Source: Acutalibacteraceae bacterium (GTDB lineage: Bacteria > Bacillota > Clostridia > Oscillospirales > Acutalibacteraceae). From it: DNA of 64,000 nt. Positions 43,868 through 53,835 of this stretch are shown here, one piece after another. The position numbers were made by a program, and so were the translations under genes. The stretch spans positions 16,175 to 80,174 of the forward strand of contig JAZRSU010000023.1 of the NCBI GenBank assembly GCA_045651645.1, written 5' to 3'. The notes under the pieces were generated by a model that was given only the letters and a program-made list of their open reading frames with translations, did no database searches and was not told the origin of the DNA. How positions within the stretch are numbered: position 1 is the first letter of the stretch; each line of letters begins with the position of its first letter.

Positions 43868-46126
43868 TTATTTTGCGGTGTTGCTCATTGTGAATACAAG
43901 CTCGCCGCCTGCCATAAGCTGCTCGTGTGTTACATAGAAGTCGTCAAGCTCAACACCGTTGAGTTTAACGGAGCTTACATAAACGTTTTCGGGTGACTGG
44001 TTGGTTGCTGTAACTTTAAGGGTCTTGCCGTTTGAAAGTGCGATTTCGGCACCGTCAAGGTTAGGCGAGCCGAGCCAGTACTTATCTGTACCTGCAAGGG
44101 GATAGAAGCCCATTGCGGAGAATACATACCAGCAGCTTGTTGTGCCGCCGTCATCGTTGCCGTCAAGGCCGTTGATATCGGTGCTGAAACGCTCCGCAAG
44201 AGTCCAGCGTACCCACTTCTGTGTGAGGTCGGGTCTGCCTGCGTTGTTGAAGAGATAAGGTGTGTGGATATCGTGCTGGTTACCTACCCAGAAGCCGTGA
44301 CCCGGGTCAATAGCGGCTCTGTTGAGGGAAGCATCCTCCATAAAGTCCTCAAGCTCGCTTACAAAGTATTCTTTTGAGCCGAAGAGCTCAATCATGCCGT
44401 CGATATCGTGTGTTGCACTCCAGCGCCACTGTCTTGCACTGCCCTCGCAGTAATAGTCAGCATACTTGTTGATCATAATCATATCGTAGAATGATGTCAT
44501 ATAGGGGCTGAAGCGCTTTTCAAATGTGCCGTCGGAGTTTCTTGCACGGAAGTATTTGGTTTCGGGGTCAAAGATATTCTTGTAGTACATTGCTTTTTCG
44601 GAATATCTCGCAACATCCTCTGTGTAGCCGAGCTCTGCGGCAAGTGTAGCAATAGCCGCATCCTCCCAGGCGTATTCGATTGTACGGCTTGCGGATTCGT
44701 TGCCGGGGCAAAGGTCCTGAGGTACATAGCCGTACTGATTGTACTCGTTTACGTGCTCACGACCTGCTTTCGGCGAGGGATTCTCCGAAGAGTTTTTCAT
44801 AAATGCGTATGCCGCCTCAACATCGAAATCCCTGATTCCCTTGAGGTAGCTTTCGGTAACGACAATGTTGGCAATATCGCCCATCATTGAGCCTGCATAG
44901 CCTGCACCCTGAGGCCAGCGCGGAAGCACGCCGACGCCCTGTGTTGCCATCTGAACAAGGCTGTTGAGACAGTCGGTCTGAATATCCTGAGCGATAAGCG
45001 TGTAGAGCGGATGAGTTGTACGGGCAGTATCCCAGAGTGACATATCACTTCTGTATGTAAAGCCTTCCGCAACGTGCACCTTCTTATCAAAGCCGAGGTA
45101 CTCACCGTTAACGTCGGTGAAGTTGGTGGGCATTATCATTGCGTGATAAAGAGCTGTATAGAAAACAGTCTTTATTTCATTGTCGGGTGTTGAAATCTTA
45201 ACCTTTGAAAGAGCTTCTTCCCAATCGGCAACAGCGTTTTTATATACGCCGTCGAAGTCGAGTCCGTCTGTCTCTTCCTTGAGGTTGAGCATAGCGTTTT
45301 CGGTGCTTACGAAGCTGATACCGATTTTAAGCTCAACACTCTGATCCTTAAGGTCGCCGAAATTGATATCAATAGAGCAGTTTTCGGGGTCGGAAGAAAT
45401 ATCGACAGACTTTATGGGCTTATCTGCAACAGCGGCAAAGTATGTGGGCAGACCGTCGTATCTGCCTGCAAACTGACCGAAGAGAAGACAGCTGCCTGTA
45501 ATTACACCTGTTTCAGGGTCGTATTCAACCTTACCGTCACGGGACTGTGATTTAGCGGCGGCACTTGTGACGTCGATAAACAGTCTTGCATCCTTTGAGG
45601 AGTTGAAGGTGTATCTGTGGACACCTGTGTGAACATCGGCAGTCATCTCTGCAAGACAGCCTACGCTCGGCAGATAAACTGCATAGTAACCGGGCACAGC
45701 AATCTCATTATCGTGCGAGTAAGCCATAACGCCTGCATCTGCGTTGCCTACGGCAGGAGTAACTCTGAACATTGAATAGTCCTCAGCACCCGTACCCGAA
45801 AGGCGGGAATGGCTGAAGCCTCTGATGTGACCGTGCTCGTAGTAGTAGCCCGATGTATTTGTCTTGACGATGTATGCACCGCCGAGGAAACAGGTATCGG
45901 GACCGAGTCTTACCGATCCGAAGGGTACGGTTGCCGCAGGGCTTACCATACCGCAGGTCCACGGTGTGCCACCCGTACCGATAAACGGGTCAACATACTG
46001 ACCGAATTCGCCTGTTTCAGGCTCAGGCATTTCAATCGCTTTCGGCATAACGCCGTTGAAAAGGCCTGAGATTGCCATCTCAAAAGCTACAAAAACCGAA
46101 ACAAAAATACGTATTATATTCCACAT
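43868..46126 (-). CDS. GH92-family alpha-mannosidase
   Basis: YVDPFIGTGGTPWTCGMVSPAATVPFGSVRLGPDT and GFSHSRLSGTGAEDY are classic GH92 motifs. The ATG at 46126 (MWNIIRIF) lies 8 nt after GGAGG, so I prefer it to the start at 46174. Confidence 0.85.
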   Translation of the reverse strand: MWNIIRIFVSVFVAFEMAISGLFNGVMPKAIEMPEPETGEFGQYVDPFIGTGGTPWTCGMVSPAATVPFGSVRLGPDTCFLGGAYIVKTNTSGYYYEHGHIRGFSHSRLSGTGAEDYSMFRVTPAVGNADAGVMAYSHDNEIAVPGYYAVYLPSVGCLAEMTADVHTGVHRYTFNSSKDARLFIDVTSAAAKSQSRDGKVEYDPETGVITGSCLLFGQFAGRYDGLPTYFAAVADKPIKSVDISSDPENCSIDINFGDLKDQSVELKIGISFVSTENAMLNLKEETDGLDFDGVYKNAVADWEEALSKVKISTPDNEIKTVFYTALYHAMIMPTNFTDVNGEYLGFDKKVHVAEGFTYRSDMSLWDTARTTHPLYTLIAQDIQTDCLNSLVQMATQGVGVLPRWPQGAGYAGSMMGDIANIVVTESYLKGIRDFDVEAAYAFMKNSSENPSPKAGREHVNEYNQYGYVPQDLCPGNESASRTIEYAWEDAAIATLAAELGYTEDVARYSEKAMYYKNIFDPETKYFRARNSDGTFEKRFSPYMTSFYDMIMINKYADYYCEGSARQWRWSATHDIDGMIELFGSKEYFVSELEDFMEDASLNRAAIDPGHGFWVGNQHDIHTPYLFNNAGRPDLTQKWVRWTLAERFSTDINGLDGNDDGGTTSCWYVFSAMGFYPLAGTDKYWLGSPNLDGAEIALSNGKTLKVTATNQSPENVYVSSVKLNGVELDDFYVTHEQLMAGGELVFTMSNTAK

Positions 46127-46226
46127 ATAATTCGCCTCCGAAAATGTGAAGTTGCAATAATTATAATACAACAATTTCTTTTCTGCAATATTATGTTTAA
46201 AATATACAAATATTTAATAAATTCTC

Positions 46227-46255
46227 TTTATTTCAAACTTTATGCGTGTTATAAT
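46227..46255 (+). promoter_or_regulatory. Putative extended -10 promoter for the epimerase/ribokinase operon
   Basis: TGTTATAAT (46247-46255) is an extended -10 element. The -35 is weak (TTTATT, 46227-46232, 17-nt spacer). Confidence 0.45.
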
Positions 46256-46292
46256 TTAAATGTAAAAATATATAGAAACGGATGTAACTGTT

Positions 46293-46955
46293 ATGAAAAA
46301 ACTTCTTTCCGCATCTCTTATGTGTGCAGACCTTACAAAGCTTGGCGATTCACTTACTCAGTTAAAGGCGGCAGGTATCGATTATCTGCACCTTGATATA
46401 ATGGACGGCTCTTTTGTGCCTAATATCACACTCGGCTTCGACCTTGTAAACGCAGTCAAGGCAAACACCGATATTCCGCTTGACGTGCACATGATGGTTA
46501 ACGAGCCGGGCAGATTTATCGACAGAATGAATCTTGATGAAAACGATATCCTCTGTGTACACTATGAGTCGGATATTTACATTCACCGCACACTCTCACA
46601 GATTAAAGATAAAGGCATCAAGGCAGGTCTTGCACTCAATCCGCAGACTCCGCTTGAAAGTATGGAATACCTGACAGACTATATGGATATGGCTCTGATT
46701 ATGACCGTAAGCCCCGGCTTTGCAGGTCAGAAGCTCTTTGCAGGTGCAGAGCGTAAAACTGCGGCGGCACGCAAGATGCTCGATGAGCTTGGCCGCTCGG
46801 ATATGCCTATCGAGGTTGACGGCAACATCAGCCTTGAAAACGGCAGAAAGCTCAGCCTTTGCGGTGCGGATATATTCGTGCTCGGCACAAGCAGCCTTTT
46901 CATCAAGGGCAAGAGTCTGACCGAAGCGGCAGAAGAAGTAAGAGCCGTGCTTTAA
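46293..46955 (+). CDS. Ribulose-phosphate 3-epimerase family protein (Rpe/AlsE-like)
   Basis: SASLMCADLTKLGDSLTQLKAAGIDYLHLDIMDGSFVPNITLG ... DVHMMV ... MTVSPGFAGQ ... VDGNI. Confidence 0.85.
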   Translation: MKKLLSASLMCADLTKLGDSLTQLKAAGIDYLHLDIMDGSFVPNITLGFDLVNAVKANTDIPLDVHMMVNEPGRFIDRMNLDENDILCVHYESDIYIHRTLSQIKDKGIKAGLALNPQTPLESMEYLTDYMDMALIMTVSPGFAGQKLFAGAERKTAAARKMLDELGRSDMPIEVDGNISLENGRKLSLCGADIFVLGTSSLFIKGKSLTEAAEEVRAVL

Positions 46956-46982
46956 TTATAGCCTTATCTTAAGGAGAAAACT

Positions 46983-47891
46983 ATGTACAGCAAAGTAAAG
47001 GCCGCGGTAGTCGGCAGTATAAATATGGATATGATTCTCAGCATGGAGAAGGTGCCCGAGGTTGGCGAAAACCTGCTCGGCACAACCTACGGCTATGCTT
47101 GCGGCGGTAAGGGTGCAAACCAGGCAACCGCACTTGCAAAGCTCGGTGCATCAACAAAAATGATAGGCAAGGTTGCCGACGATGAAAACGGCAATACACT
47201 TGTCGAGAATCTGAAGGCAAACGGAATCGACACCTCGGGTGTTTCGCTTCAAGGCTCACAGACGGGTCTTGCCGCAATTATTCTTGACGGCGAGGGCAGA
47301 AACCGAATCGTAGTATACGAGGGTGCAAACGCTGAAATCGACCCGAAAGAGGCGGCAGACTGTATAACCGATGGGCTTGACCTTCTTCTCGTGCAGTTTG
47401 AAACCGCCGAAGATGTTGTTGTCGAATGTGTCAACCGAGCAAAAGCCAAGGGCATCGCAACCGTTATCGATTGCGGACCTGCAAAAGCATTTGCGCTCGA
47501 AAAAATGCAGGGTGCAACAATAATTTCACCAAACGAAAGCGAAACAAAAGCACTCACTGGTATCAGCCCCGATGACGATGCTTCAATTCTCGAAGCTTCA
47601 AAAATACTCAAAGACCGAAGCAAGGCAAAGTTTGTTGTGCTCAAGCTCGGCTCAAGAGGCTGTGCGATATGGGACGGCGAAAACCTGCATATAATGCCGA
47701 CATATCCGGGTAAGGTTGTTGACACAACCGCCGCAGGCGATTGCTTTACGGCGGCAATGGCACTTGAATATATAGCAGGCGGCGACATTTTGAAAGCCTG
47801 CGATATGGGTAATAAGGCAGGCACAATCGCTGTCGGCAGAATGGGCGCGGCGGCATCAATGCCCGATATTAACGAGCTTCTCGGCTTTTAA
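46983..47891 (+). CDS. rbsK: Ribokinase (PfkB family)
   Basis: VVGSINMDM ... GGKGANQATALAKLGA ... VVDTTAAGDCFTAAMALEY (PfkB signatures). Confidence 0.8.
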   Translation: MYSKVKAAVVGSINMDMILSMEKVPEVGENLLGTTYGYACGGKGANQATALAKLGASTKMIGKVADDENGNTLVENLKANGIDTSGVSLQGSQTGLAAIILDGEGRNRIVVYEGANAEIDPKEAADCITDGLDLLLVQFETAEDVVVECVNRAKAKGIATVIDCGPAKAFALEKMQGATIISPNESETKALTGISPDDDASILEASKILKDRSKAKFVVLKLGSRGCAIWDGENLHIMPTYPGKVVDTTAAGDCFTAAMALEYIAGGDILKACDMGNKAGTIAVGRMGAAASMPDINELLGF

Positions 47892-47922
47892 CAAAATCAC
47901 CTTTTTCAAAGGGGGAATTACC

Positions 47923-50900
47923 GTGAAAAAATTCAAACGATTTTTTACAGTATTTGTGTGCGTTGCACTGCTGCTCGGCTCAACGCCGCTCGGCGGCTTT
48001 GTCGGGCTTGATTTGCCGAGCCTTTTCGGTTTCAGAGCCGCGGCAGAAACATACAACGGCACCTGCGGTACTAACCTTACCTGGACTCTCGATGCCGAAA
48101 CAGGCGAACTTAACATCACAGGCACAGGTGCGATGACGGATTGTGCAAGTACCGATGCTTACCCGTGGTACACTAACCGTTCAAAAATCACATCTGTTTC
48201 AATAGGTGACGGCATTACCTCGATAAGTAATTTTGCATTTAACGGTTACAGCAAAATCAATACTGTTTCAATCGGTAACGATGTGACTGAAATAGGCAGG
48301 TCTGCTTTTGCCTACTGTTCTGCAATTACAAGCCTTATTATTCCGGACAAAGTAACAGATATAGATGACCGTGCTTTTTACGGCTGTTCCGCTCTAAACG
48401 AGCTTACTATACCCGTATCGGCAAAGATATATAACAGTAGTTATGTTTTTGGCAATTGTACCAATATTGAAAAAATTATCCTCACTAAAGGTAACGGCAC
48501 AATGGTGAACTACGGCACCATTACAACCGCACCTTCAGATATAGTAAACTACCAATATACACCATGGTATGCAAGCAGAAGTAACCTGAAAGAACTGGTA
48601 ATTGAAGAAGGAGTTTGCGCTATTTCTTCCTATACTTTCAGCGGCTGCTCCGGACTCGAAAATATCATCCTGCCCGACAGCATAACTTCAATCGGTGAGA
48701 ACGCATTCTACGGCTGTAACGGACTCAAAAATATTACTCTGCCCGACAGCATAACCTCAATCGGTGAGAACGCATTTTATTACTGCATCGCACTTGAAAA
48801 CACATACTATAATGGTGATATAGCAGACTGGTGCAAAATAAATTTTACCGATGCTTATTCAACTCCTATGTACTATGCAGATAACCTTTATTTCGATGAT
48901 GAGCTTGTAACGCAGGTTATCATACCCACAACAGTAACAACGATAAGTGACTACGCTTTCTACGGCTGTAACGGTATCACAGCTGTTTACTATGAAGGTT
49001 CTGCAGAACAGTGGATGAACGTATCAATCGGTCAAGGCAACGATATTCTGATTAACAACCTGATTGGGAACAACACTTTTCTCGCCTCCGGCAAATGCGG
49101 CGACAATCTCGATTGGGTTCTGTATACCAATGGCGAACTTGTAATCAGCGGTACGGGTAATATGTACAATTATTCTTCCGATAACTATGCCCCGTGGTAT
49201 GTTTATAAGGATAAAATTACAAATGTTACCTTGCCCGAAGCTCTTACTCTGATTGGTAATTATGCATTTTATAACTGTACCTTGCTCGAAAAAATTATCA
49301 TCCCCGACAGCGTAACCTTAATCGGCAACTATGCTTTTTACAACTGTACGGGGCTTATAGAGCTTTCTGTTCCGATATCGGCAAGATTAACCGACGCTCA
49401 AATCTATACATATTACGACTGTGCTAACATCAATAAAATCACTATCACCAAAGGTGACGGTACATCGTATGATTACAGCACAAGTTCAACTGAACCGTAC
49501 AAATACACCCCGTGGTACAGAAGCGGTTGCAGTACGGTTATTATTGCCGATGGTGTTACCTCAATAGGTAGCTATATGTTTTACAATTGCTCGAGGATTA
49601 CATCTGTCTCAATTGCTGACAGTGTTGAATCAATCGGCAACTATGCGTTTTACGGTTGTAACGGCATGAAAGAACTGACCATACCTGTCAGCACAAAAAT
49701 ATACAACAGCAGTTACACTTTCAGCGGATGTGCAAATATTGAACAAGTTACATTTACAAAAGGCAACGGCACAGCACAGAAATACGTAACCTCAACAAGC
49801 AGTTCAACTGCAACTTATTGCGAATATACCCCGTGGTATAAAAGCGGTTGCCCGACAGTTGTTCTTTCTTACGACATCACTTCAATAGGCACTCATATGT
49901 TTTACGAATGCAATCGTATCGAAAACGTTTATTTTACAGGTGATGTTACCGATTGGTGTGCAATTGAGTTCTCCAACCTCTATTCAAACCCGATGTGTTA
50001 TGCTAACAACCTTTATTTTGGAAATGAGCTTGTCAAAGAAATTACAATCCCGGAAACTGTAACATCAATCGGTACAAATGCTTTTTATGACTGCTCGTAC
50101 TATTTAGAAGCGATTTATTACGCAGGCTCGTACGAACAATGGAAATCCGTCAATGTCTCAACCGGAAACGATGAACTATATAAAATGATTTTGTTCCGTA
50201 ATGATTACGGCAGACTGCATCATATCCCGGGTGAATGTGGCACTGATGTTTACTGGATTCTGTATGCAGACGGTGAACTTGAAATCAGTGGTACGGGAGA
50301 TATGGAAAATCCAACCGGCACAACTTATGTGCCCTGGTATAAATACAGAGACAATATCACTTCTGTCACAATAGCTGACGATATAACCTCAATCGGCGAC
50401 TATGCGTTTTACGGCTGTGTAAATCTGACCGAAATCACTCTGCCTAACAACATAACCTCAATCGGTAAATATATGTTTTACGGTTGCACGGAGCTTACAA
50501 ACATAACGCTCAGCAAAAACACAACAAATATAGGCGATAATGCGTTTAAAAACTGTTCGAAGCTTTCTGTTGCTCGTATTGAAATTACATATGATGAATG
50601 GAAAAACATAACCGTACAACAAGGCAACGATGAACTTATAAATGCGCTTCTGCTTGGCACAGAATCGGATCAACTTTATACCAAATTCGGCGATATCGGT
50701 GAAAACATCACTTGGTATCTTTACACTGATAACGAGCTTTGCATTACAGGCGAAGGCGATATGACAAGCTATGCTTCTGCTGCAAATGTGCCGTGGCATA
50801 ACTGCAAAGATAAAATTGAGTCGGTTGTTGTTTCCGACGGCATAACGCTTGTCGGCGCATACACATTCAGTGGACTTGAAAACCTCACAAGCGTTATCGT

Positions 50901-52293
50901 TTCCGACTCCGTTACACAGATTCAGAAGAATGCGTTTTCACAGTGCGACAGCCTTAACACAGTTTACATTTTCGGCTACGACACTACTCTTGCCAACAAT
51001 GCTTTTGCAGGCTGTTATGATGCGAACATCTACTGCCATTCAGGCTCAACCGCTCACGCATACGCAAAGCGCAACAACCTTGCATACACTCTGCTTGACG
51101 GTGACTCGGCAGGCTTCACGGTAGCCAACGGCATACTTATCGCCTACAGCGGCACTGCAACCGAGCTTGTGATTCCTGCAGGTATAACTGCAATCGGCAG
51201 TAACGCATTCAAGAATAACGACACAATCGTAAGCGTTGTATTGCCCGACTCTGTAACGGATATCTACACCGGTGCGTTTGCAGACTGTGACAGCCTTGAA
51301 CGTATCATAATCCCCGAATCGGTTACAACTATCGCTTCGACAGCATTTGATAATACGGATGTTATCTTTGCCTGTGTCGAAAACTCTTATGCACATATGT
51401 ACGCTCTTGAGCAAGGCATCACCTGCGAGCTTACAAATCCCGTAAGAGGTGTTGAGCTTACAAGCCACAACGAATACGTAAGCATAAACGGCACTGTTCA
51501 GTTGACAGTCGGCAATGTTCAGAACAAGGGCATAATTTGGAATTCGACCGACGAAACAATTGCATCGGTTGACGAAAACGGACTTGTAACCGCACGCAAA
51601 GCAGGCGTAGTTGTAATCACCGCAACCACAACGGACGGCTACAAAGATTTCTGCCTTATCCGTGTTGTCGGCATCACTGCAAGCCTGACTTCGGGTACAG
51701 TTATCGACAACGAAAACAGCTATATTTACGGACTTGATGCGGGTCTTGACTCGATAAGCGATTACATCGAGCTTGCTGATAGCGGCTGCACTCTCGAGTA
51801 CGATACACTTTCAGGCGCAATCGGCACAGGCTCAATCACCAACATTGTACGCGACGGTGAAATTGTCGACAGCTACACCGTAATCATATTTGGTGACGTT
51901 GACGGCAACGGCTGGTACGATGCAAACGACGCATTCCTCGTGCGTATGATTTCAAACGGTCTGATTGACAAATCAGTGCTCAGCTCTGCTGCACAGAGAG
52001 CGGCGGACTGCAACCACGACGGCGAAATCAATGAGCTTGATTTTGAAATTCTCAACAACGCAAGCGTACTGCTTGACAATATCGACCAGTCGACAACTCA
52101 GGCTGAGCTTGAGACAAATTCGGTTTATATTGAATATATGAGTCTCATCGACCAGAGCGCAGGGGTTGAGACCGAAGATACAACTCCCGAAGCAAACGAA
52201 GTTGTAGGCGAGTTTGACATAGAAGCGATATTTGCGAAGATATTTGAATTCATAAGAAAAATATTTGCGTTTGTTTTGTCAGTTGTAGCCTGA
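47923..52293 (+). CDS. Large secreted BspA-type leucine-rich-repeat (LRR_5) protein with Big_2 domain, dockerin and hydrophobic C-terminal tail
   Basis: GTG start with signal peptide FTVFVCVALLLGSTPLGG. LRR_5 modules recur (GTCGTNLTWTLD..GELNITGTG ... IGDGITSISNFAFNGYS and many variants). A Big_2-like segment is present (VELTSHNEYVSINGTVQLTV...ITATTTDG). The dockerin is GDVDGNGWYDANDAFLV...DCNHDGEINELDFEIL (51892-52074). The tail is IFAKIFEFIRKIFAFVLSVVA. Confidence 0.9.
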   Translation: MKKFKRFFTVFVCVALLLGSTPLGGFVGLDLPSLFGFRAAAETYNGTCGTNLTWTLDAETGELNITGTGAMTDCASTDAYPWYTNRSKITSVSIGDGITSISNFAFNGYSKINTVSIGNDVTEIGRSAFAYCSAITSLIIPDKVTDIDDRAFYGCSALNELTIPVSAKIYNSSYVFGNCTNIEKIILTKGNGTMVNYGTITTAPSDIVNYQYTPWYASRSNLKELVIEEGVCAISSYTFSGCSGLENIILPDSITSIGENAFYGCNGLKNITLPDSITSIGENAFYYCIALENTYYNGDIADWCKINFTDAYSTPMYYADNLYFDDELVTQVIIPTTVTTISDYAFYGCNGITAVYYEGSAEQWMNVSIGQGNDILINNLIGNNTFLASGKCGDNLDWVLYTNGELVISGTGNMYNYSSDNYAPWYVYKDKITNVTLPEALTLIGNYAFYNCTLLEKIIIPDSVTLIGNYAFYNCTGLIELSVPISARLTDAQIYTYYDCANINKITITKGDGTSYDYSTSSTEPYKYTPWYRSGCSTVIIADGVTSIGSYMFYNCSRITSVSIADSVESIGNYAFYGCNGMKELTIPVSTKIYNSSYTFSGCANIEQVTFTKGNGTAQKYVTSTSSSTATYCEYTPWYKSGCPTVVLSYDITSIGTHMFYECNRIENVYFTGDVTDWCAIEFSNLYSNPMCYANNLYFGNELVKEITIPETVTSIGTNAFYDCSYYLEAIYYAGSYEQWKSVNVSTGNDELYKMILFRNDYGRLHHIPGECGTDVYWILYADGELEISGTGDMENPTGTTYVPWYKYRDNITSVTIADDITSIGDYAFYGCVNLTEITLPNNITSIGKYMFYGCTELTNITLSKNTTNIGDNAFKNCSKLSVARIEITYDEWKNITVQQGNDELINALLLGTESDQLYTKFGDIGENITWYLYTDNELCITGEGDMTSYASAANVPWHNCKDKIESVVVSDGITLVGAYTFSGLENLTSVIVSDSVTQIQKNAFSQCDSLNTVYIFGYDTTLANNAFAGCYDANIYCHSGSTAHAYAKRNNLAYTLLDGDSAGFTVANGILIAYSGTATELVIPAGITAIGSNAFKNNDTIVSVVLPDSVTDIYTGAFADCDSLERIIIPESVTTIASTAFDNTDVIFACVENSYAHMYALEQGITCELTNPVRGVELTSHNEYVSINGTVQLTVGNVQNKGIIWNSTDETIASVDENGLVTARKAGVVVITATTTDGYKDFCLIRVVGITASLTSGTVIDNENSYIYGLDAGLDSISDYIELADSGCTLEYDTLSGAIGTGSITNIVRDGEIVDSYTVIIFGDVDGNGWYDANDAFLVRMISNGLIDKSVLSSAAQRAADCNHDGEINELDFEILNNASVLLDNIDQSTTQAELETNSVYIEYMSLIDQSAGVETEDTTPEANEVVGEFDIEAIFAKIFEFIRKIFAFVLSVVA

Positions 52294-52312
52294 TAGTATC
52301 TTTTAAAATTAA

Positions 52313-52346
52313 AAGCGGATTGCATTAAATTTGCAATCCGCTTTCC
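52313..52346. terminator. Bidirectional terminator between the LRR gene (+) and rarA (-)
   Basis: AAGCGGATTGCA (52313-52324), loop TTAAATT, TGCAATCCGCTT (52332-52343). Flanked by AAAA and TTCCTTTATTT. Confidence 0.8.
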
Positions 52347-52351
52347 TTTAT

Positions 52352-53614
52352 TTATTTCTTGATTTTATCCCAATAAGCTTTTGCCGCCTGCTCGTTCTTG
52401 TTGTCACCGTAGTTGTAATACGTGCGGTTTTTGATGGCGTCGGGCAGGTATTGCTGTTTTACCCAGTGGTTGTCAAACGCGTGAGGGTACTTGTAGAACT
52501 GCCCCTTGTTATTGTTGTCTTCACCGTCAAAGTGCATATTCTGCAGTGTTCTCGGTATAGGTCCTGTTTTACCTGACTGTATGTCGGCAAGTGCGGTGTT
52601 TATGGCTTCGTAGGCCGAGTTTGATTTGGGTGCAGTTGCGACAAGTATTACAGCGTTGGCAAGCGGAATCCGTGCTTCGGGCATACCGACTTGCAGTGCG
52701 GTATCGACAGCCGCTTTTACAATAGGTATGAGCTGAGGGTAGGCGAGTCCGACATCCTCATTAGCGCACACAAGCAGTCTGCGGCAGGCAGAAGGCAGGT
52801 CGCCTGCTTCAAGCAAACGGGCCAGATAATGTATTGCGGCATCGGGGTCAGAGCCTCGCATTGATTTCTGATAAGCTGATACTATATCGTAGTGCTCGTC
52901 ACCCTCTTTATCATATCTGAATGCGCTTCGCTGTGTTAACTGCTCGGCAATTTCAAGGGTTACAACACGCTTGCCGTCAATAGTCTGCGAAGCCATAGCG
53001 CAAAGCTCAGCTGAATTCATCGCCTTGCGTACGTCACCGCCGCAACCGCAGGCAATGTGGTGAAGCACGCCGTCTTCAAGCTCAAAGGGCAAGCCGCCTT
53101 CTTCGGCAAGGAAGTTGAATGCACGCATAATCGCAGGCTCAATTTCAGTCGGCGTAACGCTCTTGAATTCAAAAACTGTTGAGCGGCTGGGCACAGCATT
53201 ATAAACGTAGAAATACGGATTTTCGGTAGTAGAAGCGATAAGTGTGATTGAGCCGTCCTCGATATATTCAAGCAGTGTCTGCTGTTGTTTTTTGTTAAAA
53301 TACTGAATCTCGTCGAGATACAACAGCACGCCGTTGATTGCACTGAGTGTCTGCGACTGTGCGATTATATCTTTGATATCTGCAGTTGAGGCAGTTGTGC
53401 CGTTGAGCTTGCAGAAATATTTATTTGTACGCTTTGCAAGGATTTCGGCAAGCGTTGTCTTACCTACACCCGAGGGGCCGTAAAATATAAGGTTGGGTAC
53501 TTCACCCGAATCGATTATACGGCGAAGTGCCTTGCCTTCACCGAGCAGATGCCTCTGACCGACCATATCGTCAATGCTCTGCGGTCTGAGTCTGTCGGCA
53601 AGCGGATTTCTCAT
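52352..53614 (-). CDS. rarA: Replication-associated recombination protein A (RarA/MgsA AAA+ ATPase)
   Basis: PLADRLRPQSIDDMVGQ ... LIFYGPSGVGKTTLA ... LYLDEIQYFNK ... C-terminal MgsA domain. ATG 53614 lies 8 nt after AAGGTG, so I prefer it to GTG 53623. Confidence 0.9.
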   Translation of the reverse strand: MRNPLADRLRPQSIDDMVGQRHLLGEGKALRRIIDSGEVPNLIFYGPSGVGKTTLAEILAKRTNKYFCKLNGTTASTADIKDIIAQSQTLSAINGVLLYLDEIQYFNKKQQQTLLEYIEDGSITLIASTTENPYFYVYNAVPSRSTVFEFKSVTPTEIEPAIMRAFNFLAEEGGLPFELEDGVLHHIACGCGGDVRKAMNSAELCAMASQTIDGKRVVTLEIAEQLTQRSAFRYDKEGDEHYDIVSAYQKSMRGSDPDAAIHYLARLLEAGDLPSACRRLLVCANEDVGLAYPQLIPIVKAAVDTALQVGMPEARIPLANAVILVATAPKSNSAYEAINTALADIQSGKTGPIPRTLQNMHFDGEDNNNKGQFYKYPHAFDNHWVKQQYLPDAIKNRTYYNYGDNKNEQAAKAYWDKIKK

Positions 53615-53738
53615 TACTCTCACACCTTTTAGAATTCTTGAAATACAATTTTACATTATATATGTAATTTTTTCAAGTAGTATACAAAAACAACAGAAAA
53701 TCATTATTTTACAAGCGAAATATACTTTATTTTGTGAA

Positions 53739-53767
53739 TTGTAATTGTCTTTAAATTAATATATAAT
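53739..53767 (+). promoter_or_regulatory. Putative sigma-A promoter of cysK
   Basis: TTGTAA (53739-53744), 17-nt spacer, TATAAT (53762-53767), about 70 nt upstream of ATG 53836. Confidence 0.5.
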
Positions 53768-53835
53768 CTATACTGTTGTGCTATGTAAAATACAAATTCT
53801 GCCATACAACATATAATGGTGAAGGTGAATTTATT

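Noticed and set aside
53624-53835. T-box or other riboswitch leader upstream of cysK
   Set aside because: The whole divergent intergenic region is about 210 nt, very AT-rich, and has no specifier-loop or T-box (AGGGTGGNACCGCG-like) sequence and no terminator/antiterminator pair. It is better explained by two divergent promoters.
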